Assembly (NCBI GenBank): GCA_030141605.1
Contig: JAQGDQ010001915.1
Location: 1-21,165, forward strand
Source: Tubiluchus corallicola
Lineage: Eukaryota > Animalia > Priapulida
Direction of reading: 5' to 3'
DNA: 21,165 bases
Shown here: positions 8,201-16,123 of the stretch, piece by piece
Position numbering within the stretch: the first letter of the stretch is position 1
Layout of the letters: each line of letters starts with the position of its first letter
Notes under the pieces: model-generated
Database searches by the model: none
What the model saw: only the letters and a program-made list of their open reading frames with translations
Told to the model about the DNA's origin: nothing
Position numbers and translations under genes: made by a program

Positions 8201-10783
8201 TTACTGCCGATTGAAGTCCTGCACACAAAAAGGCAGTATGTAAGTGACATAAAATTTCAAAACGAATTTTTTAAGCTTTATGTTTATGAAGGGGTTTCTT
8301 GTGCTTTTTAAGGTAAGTTTCTCAGCTGAGAATTTTTCGACTGTTTCGAATCTTGCGCTAAAAAGCTAAAAATTCCCAGAAGCAAATAATCTATCGCAAC
8401 GCCATGCTATAATGCCCCCTTTATGATGCTAATGTCACTTAGTCTGGTCTTGCAACTGAAAAAACCCGAAGCAAAATGACTGCTTCCACAAGTTACAATT
8501 GGAGTTAGAAAATACAAGTTTTTTTATAATTGCAGTACTACTTTCTAGACAGAGAAATGGGCACAGGGTTATAGAATTTAATTTTTAGTATTTTGGACGC
8601 TTTCCCGATAATTTGATGCTAGAATATAAAAATCCAATATATTTGGGATTTGTTTTCTTAAATAATAAAAAAATCGACATTTGACCAAATTATTGCTGCA
8701 TTCTACTTTGAAGCATCATAACATTGTTTTAACTATGCCGACTTATGGACGATTTTGGCTTGCAAGCACACATATGCTTTATCCCTGTGTGCCAATAAAT
8801 GCAATACAAACTTGCTAAGCACTCCTGTTTCACACTTTAACGAACATAAATAATAACGTCCTATTTTCCGATCGTTTTCAGCTGGAGTCCAAACATAGTC
8901 AACTCCTCTCTTTTCTTCGCTGCAAGAAGTCAGTATTTAGACGAGGGAACATATAATCAGTTAGTTTTTAAAGCTTGGTTGGCACTCTGGTTCGTGATGG
9001 TGAGTATGTGGCAACAGTAATGTGGCAACAGTTTTACCTTACCTTACCTTAGACCTTAGTCCTTCCTGTGCACGGATGCACATTGGGCAGACAGCATTTT
9101 CCATTGAATTCTATTGGCGGCTTCTCTTTCGATGTTCTCCCAACATCTGTTCATAACCCGAAGGTCTTCTTTGAAAGATCTGCACCACACTGTTTATGGC
9201 CGACCTCTTTTCCTTTTTCCACCAGGTGGTTCCCAGAGTAACACTATTTTGGAGTGGCATTGTTTTGGTAGGCGTAGAATATGTCCAGCGAATCTCAGCT
9301 TTCTCTTTGCGACTATTTCCTGCAACCGCCTTGACTGCGCCTGCTGTAGGACTTACAGGAGTTTGAAAAATTAATCAGGGCACACTTCACTAACTAAGCA
9401 AAAGTTTAAAATACTTGATATTATCAGTAACACCAATAATGTGTTTTTTGATGAACCAGTGGTGTACACTGGGATAGTGAAACAATGACGTTTTAGCAGT
9501 TTGTGTGAACATTTTAAATTATTAAAGGATAAGAAAAGGGATTGTCCCAAAAGTCTTTCAGTGTAAAGTTATTACCATTATGCTTAACTGCTTGAAAGAC
9601 TTATCTAGCTAGAAAAGAAAGTTCTTAATAATTTAAAATGTTCACGCCAACTGGTAAAACGTGATTGAGTCACCTTCCCAGTGTGCACCACTGACTCACC
9701 AAAAAATGTATTTTTAATCTTATTGACAAGATACTGTTATTGATGCAGTAATTTATACTCTTGGTCAGTTAGCGAAGAGTGTGCTACGAATGCTCTGATT
9801 ATTTTTTCAAACTTTACACAATGTTATCTAAACTTGTTTCGAATGACCGACCGTTAAAATTGCTGCGCTTAACGGTCATCGCGGGAGTTTAAATTTACAT
9901 GCTTTATACAGTGTTGCAAAGGCAGTATGTAGGTGATACAAAGTTTCAAGAAATTTTCTTAGCTTTATCTAAGTAAAGGGTTTCTTTTCCCATTACATAA
10001 TACAGTCAACCCTCGTTAAACCAGACTAATTGGGGGGGGGTCTGGTTTAGTCGATTGTCCTATTTATCCGATATGCCTAAATATGGTCTATACTATACAG
10101 GAATAATCACCTGAATAAAGCCTATATACATTGCACTATATACTGTGCACTATATACTATACTGTATATTACTTTAAAATAGTTAACCTGTGAGGATAGA
10201 GAAATTAGCGTGTGCTTTCGATGGGGTAAACAAACTGAATTTTGGCGGGAATTGTAGCAGCCTGGGTGGTACCGCGAGCCACTTCGGCCCGTCAATGGCT
10301 CGTGGTGAGTTGGTAGGCTGTGTTGTGTTTAGCGCTCCGGCTCGGTCGGAAATCGCTCAGTTTCCTTTACCACGGATGACGTCCGTCTTATCCGATATCC
10401 GGGCTAACGGGGTCCAGTTTAACGAAAGTCGACTGTCAAACAGGTAAGCAAAATGCTAACTAATCTAACTTTGGAAAGGTTCAGGGTATACTTTAAGATG
10501 TCCCCTTTTAATTTCTGATGCTATTTTTCCATATTATCAGGCCGTGTTGAATCCATTGCAAGCATTCCTAAATGTCCTTGTTTACCATGGCTGGAAGTCC
10601 TGGCAGAATCTACAATGTCCTTGTTCCACGGAGCACTGGAAGGTCAAGCTACTCGCGGACAGCTTGAGACGAGGTCGAGACGAAAGCTTGACACTCAGTA
10701 GTAGCGTTAGGGAGGTGTCGAGATACGGATCCTACGGCTCCCAATCGGATAGTCCCAATAATAACATTATTGTGAATACGTAG
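2194..10783 (+). CDS. GPR143: G protein-coupled receptor 143 (OA1) orthologue, 5'-partial spliced gene: join(2194..2282,4047..4139,5502..5611,7382..7490,8882..8999,10541..10783)
   Basis: Six GT-AG exons, 762 nt, phases 0/2/2/1/2/0 all compatible. Product: AWIHYFYITTYLWTFFYALD...LYHVFTWGLA...PLYSPS..CGHEVHNLLPHY...VNPVLY...YTERERR....VREKFF...ICWSPNIVN...WFVMAVLNPLQAFLNVLVYHGW. These match GPR143 motifs as I recall them (WIQ..Y, LYH..AWGLA, PHY, NP.L, YTENERR, ICWLSNI, WFIMGILNPAQGFL...GW). Confidence 0.93.
2490..2601. mobile_element. Possible degenerate hAT-like element end
   Basis: Clustered CGATTA/AATCG subterminal-like motifs (TAATCGCGATTAG, TCGATTAG) ending in ...ACCCCTA (TAGGGG on the - strand). 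No partner end or TSD identified. Confidence 0.3.
2713..3128. mobile_element. hAT (Charlie-like) MITE, 416 bp
   Basis: Imperfect TIRs TACGGGTTCCAAACCTTT / AAAGGTTGGGAACCGCTG; perfect 8-bp TSD TTCTAAGA at 2705-2712 and 3129-3136; subterminal GGGGTCGC motifs. Confidence 0.85.
3598..3976. repeat. Minisatellite, 32-bp unit (some 33 bp), about 12 copies
   Basis: Head-to-tail AAGAATGAACTAGTT(T/A)CAATTTTATGTTCCCA with no spacers; ends ~70 bp before the acceptor of the 4047 exon. Confidence 0.95.
4047..4139 (+). CDS. GPR143: GPR143 exon (equivalent to human exon 4), TM4
   Basis: Acceptor ttttattttag|G, donor CAA|gtatga; 93 nt; KMWLYHVFTWGLALVLSVSGLVPLYSPSLR(N). Confidence 0.92.
4358..4780. repeat. 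Foldback/MITE-like dispersed repeat, copy 1 (arm orientation A)
   Basis: AAACAAGTTTAGATAACA...CAGAGCATTC...CACACTTCACTAACTAAGCAAA is the reverse complement of 7890-8310 and ~9590-9990, and a direct match to ~9360-9560. Boundaries approximate. Confidence 0.8.
5502..5611 (+). CDS. GPR143: GPR143 exon (equivalent to human exon 5), ECL2 Cys and TM5
   Basis: Acceptor tttttttttag|T, donor TCGG|gtatgt; 110 nt; CGHEVHNLLPHYLTGLIPIMFVMLVNPVLYLISSFS(V). Confidence 0.93.
5637..6001. mobile_element. hAT-like MITE, 365 bp
   Basis: TIRs CAGGCCCGGATT / AATCCGGGTTTG; 8-bp TSD CGTTTGTG vs CCTTTGTG (7/8); subterminal GGGCCC-type motifs; starts 25 bp after the 5611 donor. Confidence 0.8.
6117..6821. mobile_element. 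Tc1/mariner-superfamily (pogo/Tigger-like) MITE, ~705 bp
   Basis: TIRs CACTCATATCTCGGTTTGCCGGAT / ATCTGGAAAGCCGAGATATGAGTG; left flank TA, right flank TT; subterminal TCGGA repeats; no transposase ORF. Confidence 0.75.
7041..7112 (-). pseudogene. tRNA-like Pol III unit (tRNA pseudogene or tRNA-derived SINE head), copy 1
   Basis: - strand GCCTCTG TGGTGCAGTGG TTAGCATA ATTGT CCGGACA GCAGA AGGC CTGGGTTCAAGTCCCAA CAGTGGT. Has A box, B box, a partial cloverleaf with mismatched acceptor and anticodon stems, and a T6 run just downstream. Confidence 0.7.
7221..7274 (-). pseudogene. tRNA-like unit, copy 2 (5'-truncated)
   Basis: - strand AGCATAGCTGTCTGGAAGGTAGAAGGTCCTAAGTTCGAGTCCCAGAAGAGGTGC followed by a T5 run; aligns to copy 1, which lies 180 bp away; A box missing. 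Confidence 0.6.
7382..7490 (+). CDS. GPR143: GPR143 exon (equivalent to human exon 6), ICL3 and TM6
   Basis: Acceptor cttgttttcag|TG, donor TTTG|gtgagc; 109 nt; (V)KTFLASQYAKYTERERRAVAAVREKFFLVVLVFFI(C). Confidence 0.93.
7890..8310. repeat. Foldback/MITE-like dispersed repeat, copy 2 (arm orientation B)
   Basis: GAAAGACTTAT...CTAGAAAAGAAA...TGCACCACT...GCTACGAATGCTCTGATTATTTTTTCAAACTT...TGTTATCTAAACTTGTTTC...AAAGGCAGTATGTA is a direct match to ~9590-9990 and inverted relative to 4358-4780. Confidence 0.85.
8882..8999 (+). CDS. GPR143: GPR143 exon (equivalent to human exon 7), end of TM6, ECL3, start of TM7
   Basis: Acceptor cgttttcag|C, donor ATG|gtgagt; 118 nt; (C)WSPNIVNSSLFFAARSQYLDEGTYNQLVFKAWLALWFVM. 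Confidence 0.94.
9034..9353 (-). mobile_element. RTE-clade LINE, 5'-truncated 3' end
   Basis: - strand VLQQAQSRRLQEIVAKRKLRFAGHILRLPKQCHSKIVLLWEPPGGKRKRGRP*TVWCRSFKEDL...WENIEREAANRIQWK...RKD* shows RTE C-terminal motifs (LRxAGHxxR, GKRxRGRP). Premature TAA at 9194-9196, true stop at 9056-9058, then a short (TAAGG)n tail. Confidence 0.9.
9360..9990. repeat. Foldback/MITE-like repeat, copy 3, containing both arms (imperfect palindrome centred ~9575)
   Basis: Left arm CAGTGGTGTACACTGGGA...GTGAACATTTTAAATTATTAA...AAGTCTTTCA pairs with right arm TGAAAGACTT...TTAATAATTTAAAATGTTCAC...TCCCAGTGTGCACCACTG. The left arm stops at the RTE fragment. Confidence 0.85.
10003..10435. mobile_element. pogo/Tigger-like MITE, 433 bp
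   Basis: TIRs CAGTCAACCCTCGTTAAACCAGAC / GTCCAGTTTAACGAAAGTCGACTG; left flank TA, right flank TC. Confidence 0.8.
10541..10783 (+). CDS. GPR143: GPR143 last coding exon, TM7 and cytoplasmic tail
   Basis: Acceptor tttttccatattatcag|GCC; AVLNPLQAFLNVLVYHGWKSWQNLQCPCSTEHWKVKLLADSLRRGRDESLTLSSSVREVSRYGSYGSQSDSPNNNIIVNT*; TAG at 10781-10783. Corresponds to ORF 10544..10783, whose GTG start is spurious. A further downstream exon cannot be fully excluded. Confidence 0.9.
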   Translation, partial: AVLNPLQAFLNVLVYHGWKSWQNLQCPCSTEHWKVKLLADSLRRGRDESLTLSSSVREVSRYGSYGSQSDSPNNNIIVNT

Positions 10784-10904
10784 ACGTCGCAGGTGCATGA
10801 GAGTATGGCCTTATGTTGCTGTTGTGTGCTCTTGGAACTGGTGCTGACAGTGGAATATTATACTACCTGCTGTTTTTCCTTTCCTTAAGACCTGTTTATT
10901 TTAC

Positions 10905-11253
10905 CAAGGTTCCCACGGTCAAGGAAAATCCTGGAAAATACAGGCTCTCCTGGAAAGTCACGGGAGGGATATATTTTTCAGCAATTTGTGTTCAAATGAA
11001 ATTTTGTTAGGGCAGGTTCCCAGTTTCGATTTGTGTCCCAAAAATAATGATTAGAATAAAAAAGTTCATTTAATGTGATTAAGGGTAATTTCGTTAGCAC
11101 TACTGCAACTGTGCCAACACATTATATATCTGTATATGTATGAATGTCCATACACAAAAATGTTGCAATTTCTGCTTTTCTTGGCTATGAAAAATCAATA
11201 TTTTTTCGGAGAAAAGTCAAAGAAATTTATTTTAAAATTCTGTGGTAACCCCA
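10905..11253. mobile_element. Degenerate non-autonomous DNA transposon in the GPR143 3' UTR region
   Basis: Imperfect TIRs CAAGGTTCCCACGG / CTGTGGTAACCCCA with subterminal CCTGGAAA and AAAGTCA motifs at both ends; no clear TSD; superfamily uncertain. Confidence 0.5.
11055..11060 (+). promoter_or_regulatory. Candidate GPR143 polyadenylation signal
   Basis: First AATAAA I see after the stop codon (~270 nt downstream); alternatives at ~11642-11651. AT-rich context weakens this call. Confidence 0.35.
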
Positions 11254-11780
11254 GTTGTTAAGAGTTTGTTTTAATTCACAAGGCCTTAGCTACTGATGCT
11301 ACTGTGTGAATTTGCAACCTAGGCTGGTCAACAGCCATAAATTCAAGTTACTAAACTAAAAATTAATTGCAGGGTTAATCTGTATTCCAATGACAAATAA
11401 TAGGCTGATACTAATTTATAAACCACTAAATTCGAGATAATAAACTAACAATTTTTGAAAGGTTAATGTGTGTTCAGATAATATGATAAAAATAGGCCAT
11501 TAGTTAGTTTGTGAAACGGAGAAATGGTTCAGTGTTATAGTCAACGTCTCCTCAGTCTAGTTTGTTTTTAATTATTATTACTTACTTTGCCACATGTCAA
11601 TGTTTATCACTCAGTCTCGGGGATTATCCGTGTTCAGTTGTAATAAATAAAAAAGCTCGAAATTTGAATTCAGGTTAAGAAACTAATAATTTATTGCAGG
11701 GTTATATATTTTTGCAAATAAGTTAATAAAGCTAGAGCAGTACTAATTTATAAACTAGTAGATTCAAGTAATTAAGGTAA

Positions 11781-13243
11781 TAATTTATTGCAGGATTAAT
11801 CTAGGCTGTTCAGAGCTATGCTGTCACTAATTTTATAAACCAATGAATTCAGGATAAGTTTAGAATTTATTGCAGGGTTAATTTAGGCTGTTCAAAGCTA
11901 TGCTGTCATTAATTTTATAAACCAATGAATTCAGGATAAGTTAAGAATTTATTCTAGGATTAATCTAGGCTGTTCAAAGCTATGCTGTCATTAATTTTAT
12001 AAACCAATGAATTCAGGATAAGTTAAGAATTTATTGCAGGGTTAATCTAAGCTGTCAAAGCTGTGCTGTCATTAATTTTATAAACCAATGAATTCAGGAT
12101 AAGTTAAGAATTTATTGCAGGGTTAATCTAGGCTGTTCAAAGCTATGCTGTCATTAATTTTATAAACCAATGAATTCAGGATAAGTTAAGAATTTATTCT
12201 AGGATTAATTTAGGCTGTTCAAAGCTATGCTGTCATTAATTTTATAAACCAATGAATTCAGGATAAGTTAAGAATTTATTCTAGGATTAATTTAGGCTGT
12301 TCAAAGCTATGCTGTCATTAATTTTATAAACCAATGAATTCAGGATAAGTTAAGAATTTATTCTAGGATTAATTTAGGCTGTTCAAAGCTATGCTGTCAT
12401 TAATTTTATAAACCAATGAATTCAGGATAAGTTAAGAATTTATTCTAGGATTAATCTAGGCTGTTCAAAGCTATGCTGTCATTAATTTTATAAACCAATG
12501 AATTCAGGATAAGTTAAGAATTTATTGCAGGGTTAATCTAAGCTGTCAAAGCTGTGCTGTCATTAATTTTATAAACCAATGAATTCAGGATAAGTTAAGA
12601 ATTTATTGCAGGGTTAATCTAGGCTGTTCAAAGCTATGCTGTCATTAATTTTATAAACCAATGAATTCAGGATAAGTTAAGAATTTATTGCAGGGTTAAT
12701 CTAGGCTGTTCAAAGCTATGCTGTCATTAATTTTATAAACCAATGAATTCAGGATAAGTTAAGAATTTATTCTAGGATTAATTTAGGCTGTTCAAAGCTA
12801 TGCTGTCATTAATTTTATAAACCAATGAATTCAGGATAAGTTAAGAATTTATTCTAGGATTAATTTAGGCTGTTCAAAGCTATGCTGTCATTAATTTTAT
12901 AAACCAATGAATTCAGGATAAGTTAAGAATTTATTCTAGGATTAATTTAGGCTGTTCAAAGCTATGCTGTCATTAATTTTATAAACCAATGAATTCAGGA
13001 TAAGTTAAGAATTTATTGCAGGGTTAATCTAGGCTGTTCAAAGCTATGCTGTCATTACTTTTATAAACCAATGAATTCAGGATAAGTTAAGAATTTATTG
13101 CAGGATTAATCTAGGCTGTTCAAAGCTATGCTGTCATTAATTTTATAAACCAATGAATTCAGGATAAGTTAAGAATTTATTGCAGGATTAATCTAGGCTG
13201 TTCAAAGCTATACTGTCATTAATTTTATAGAGCAATGAATTTA
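11781..13243. repeat. Satellite, 82-bp unit, ~18 copies, with degenerate units at ~11300-11780 and ~13250-13330
   Basis: Unit AATTTATT(GCAGGG/CTAGGA)TTAAT(C/T)TAGGCTGTTCAAAGCTATGCTGTCATTAATTTTATAAACCAATGAATTCAGGATAAGTTAAG; GAATTC recurs at 11845, 11927, 12009, 12090 ... 13155 (spacing 82, twice 81). Confidence 0.97.
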
Positions 13244-13456
13244 AATTAATATATTTAATTTATTTCAAAGTTACTTTGTATTCAAGTGACATTATGAGGC
13301 TGGTACTAATTTTGCAAACCATTGAATTCCAACCAGTGACTTAAGTGACATTAAATATTTTTATTTAATGTTTTTATAACTATATAAATAAGTGATATAT
13401 AATATAATATCTACACATTCTCATAAAACGTCTTATACATCGCACTTTAGCACTGT

Positions 13457-13678
13457 ATGAAAAACTGTAGTTTGTATAAAGCCCTTTATGTATGCGATAA
13501 CTATTGTTAGATAGGACGGTTTATTGGTATGTTATAGTTTTATTACAGCGTTTTAGTATAAGCTGTAATAATACAACATTACGAAACTAAACCTGTAGCC
13601 TTTAGAAAGAAATTGATTATATTTTGTGTGAGTTTTTTGCTTAGAAGTTTTATTTTATATACCTACAGTTTTTTCATT
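13457..13678. repeat. Short inverted-repeat element (possible small MITE)
   Basis: ATGAAAAACTGTAGTTTGTATAAA (~13458) vs TTTATATACCTACAGTTTTTTCAT (~13654), with an internal hairpin TTATTACAGC...GCTGTAATAA (~13541-13572). Confidence 0.4.
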
Positions 13679-14313
13679 ATGAATGTAGTTATTTTAGCAA
13701 CAAATTTTACGCATTTTAGTAGCTGTACTAGTACGTGTAGATCTATTCTAAAATATATATACAATTGTAAATATATTTCATCTGTGTTTTCAGAATTTAA
13801 TGCGTCGGTGAAACAGTTGGTCTTGTTAACTTGCAAAACTAAATTCTGTTGTATTGAGCGATATATCTTATTGGTGTGTAAGCAAATTGTTTTCAATTGT
13901 TTGTGTTATTATTCGGAATAGCTTAAAATAACGTGCAATAAGTTTATACCAGTGATAGTTATGCAGCACGTTGTCCGTGCTGCACTAGAATGTCGTAATG
14001 GGCCTATTTGAAATTAACTGAAATTTTACCAAAATAAATTTTGATGTTTTTAACGTTGATTAAAGGGTAGCTTGTAAATTAGACTCTTTTATCTACCCAA
14101 TGAACTATTGGTAATTAAATTGTATGAACAATTTAGAGCTATGAGATCTTTTGCTATCTAAAACATGTAAATATTTTCGTCATGAGTGATCGTAACTGTG
14201 AATGTTGACCAATTATTACATTTATTAAGGCTTTCTAAAATAAAATAGAGAATATCTGTTACCAAATTAAATAAAAAACTTCTTAATTTGTTTTTACATG
14301 TTGTTATATATAG

Positions 14314-14450
14314 TTATTATTATTGTTGTTGTTTTCGTTGTCGCTGTCGTCGTTGTTGTTGTTGTTTTCGTTGTCGTTGTTGTTGTTGTTATTATTATTA
14401 TTATTATTTTCCTTAGTCTATCATAACAATCATCATCATCATCACCATCA
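14314..14450. repeat. Compound trinucleotide microsatellite (TTA/TTG/GTC, then CAT)
   Basis: Visible runs of (TTA)n, (GTT)n, (GTC)n, (ATT)n and (CAT)n. Confidence 0.9.
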
Positions 14451-14469
14451 CAGTCTTTGTTAGCATGAC

Positions 14470-14897
14470 CTTTTCATCATCATCATCGTCGCATTCATTA
14501 TTTTCATGGACAACCCCACCTTTTTCATGATTGTCGTCACCATCATCGTCGCATTCATTATTTTCATGGACAACCCCACCTTTTTCATGATTGTCATCAC
14601 CATCATCGTCGCATTCATTATTTTCATGGACAACCCCACCTTTTTCATGATTGTCATCACCATCATCATTGCATTCATTATTGTCATGGACAACCCCACC
14701 TTTTTCATGGTTGTGATCAGTATCATCATCGTATTCATTATCTTCATGGACAACCCCACCTTTTTCATGGTTGTCATCACCATCATCATCGCGTTCATTA
14801 TTGTCATGGACAACCCCACCTTTTTCATTATTGTGATCACCATCATCATCGCATTCATTATAATCATGGACAACCCCACCTTTTTCATGATTGTCAA
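14470..14897. repeat. Minisatellite, 60-bp unit, 7 copies, (CAT)n-derived
   Basis: GGACAACCCCACCTTTTTCAT recurs at exact 60-bp spacing from 14508 to 14868; it accounts for ORFs 14460..14909 and 14506..14928. Confidence 0.97.
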
Positions 14898-15566
14898 GAT
14901 CAGCAGCACATTATCATCATATAATTAATTCTGTTGTGAATTAAATTAAGTAAACAATTATTTTATTATAATTATTATTTGCGTATCATATCAAGTTAAT
15001 TAACAGTATTTGACATCACAAAAATATACATGTATCAATAATTAATAAATTATGACGTCATCAATATGCATAATATAAAGCCTTAGGCTTTTAAAGTCTT
15101 TCTGACAATCAGTATATGCAGATTTTTTAGACCTTGCACTTTCAAAGAGTGGACAAAATCAATAACTTGATTTATCAATCAATACTATCGTTATTAATAA
15201 TTGATACTGATATTTATAGCTGCTGCTGAGCTATAGTTTTACGATATTTTTTTTTATTTTAGAATGTAATATTTAGTATAAGTTTACTCCATATTGCAAA
15301 GTGACCTTGGATATCTTGAAAAGAGGTCATATAAAAAACAAGCCTCGCTTGACCCATAAATACACATTTGGGTCTGTAATTGTATTCGCTTCTGAGCTAC
15401 AGAAGGTTCTACGAAATTGCATTTCAAAAAATCAATAATATGAGATTAATCGCTTAAGAATTTCACAGAACTATCATGTAGTTTTTACTGCAAAGATGAC
15501 AAAAGTACATATTTGAAAAATAGGAACACGAAGTTCTTTGTAGAAAATGTACGTTCTTTTACATAC

Positions 15567-15842
15567 TGTTACGAAGACGGGTTTTAAATAACCCCCTAAT
15601 GTTAGTAATGGGTATAGTCGAGAAGCCCAGTAATGCAAATGTACCTGTATAAAACAGAATGCCTGTCGTGATTTGAGGATTCCAACCTGGCCTTTTCTAT
15701 CTGTAAAGGTGAATGCTGTAGGTTTGTTGATTTTTATACAAAAGTCTGTTCACATGTCATGGAGCTACTGGTTGTGCATTAACTTGTATGCCGCTCTATA
15801 CATCCTGAGACGGATCCGTTACATTGGTATCAGAAGTGGGAT
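15567..15842 (+). mobile_element. LTR retrotransposon relic (Gypsy-type): 257-bp 5' LTR plus tRNA-Leu primer-binding site
   Basis: TGTTACG (15567)...CGTTACA (15823) termini with an internal TATAAAA (~15648), then 1 nt and TGGTATCAGAAGTGGGAT (15825-15842). That is 17/18 complementary to the tRNA-Leu(CAA) 3' end (ATCCCACTTCTGACACCA) as I recall it. No gag/pol or second LTR seen. Confidence 0.75.
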
Positions 15843-16123
15843 CCGAAATTGAAACATGGAATGGAACCCGGAGCCACTACACTGGTGCACATAAGTGGGA
15901 TCCGAAATTGCCGCCTGGAGTGGATCGAATTGGGTTTGGTGATCATTTGATCAATGGCCATTATATGTCACCGAAAACAAATAGTCACTGTCACCTCCAA
16001 TTGATTGTTAACTGGAGTATTGTTGACTCGTGACCCATAGACTCATTTCACTCATTTCATTCAGACAGGCATTGTTAGCAGCATGGATAGTATTAATTAA
16101 ACGCTGATGATTAATAACTGATT

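Noticed and set aside
9034-9058. Interstitial telomeric repeat
   Set aside because: The unit is TAAGG, not TTAGG or TTAGGG, and it is the RTE tail.
9114-9374. 86-aa + strand ORF
   Set aside because: Antisense shadow of the RTE fragment.
10655-10700. Hammerhead ribozyme-like GACGAG-stem-GAAA
   Set aside because: Lacks the CUGANGA core and lies within the GPR143 coding exon.
13613-13921. Overlapping 102-aa (+) and 77-aa (-) ORFs
   Set aside because: AT-rich composition with no recognisable motif or splice context.
11491-14009. AATAGGCCATTA / TAATGGGCCTATT as TIRs enclosing the 82-bp satellite
   Set aside because: Only ~12 bp with an indel; the left site resembles degenerate satellite units; no TSD.
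14460-14928. Membrane-protein-like repeat ORFs on both strands
   Set aside because: Artefacts of a stop-poor 60-bp (CAT)-derived minisatellite.
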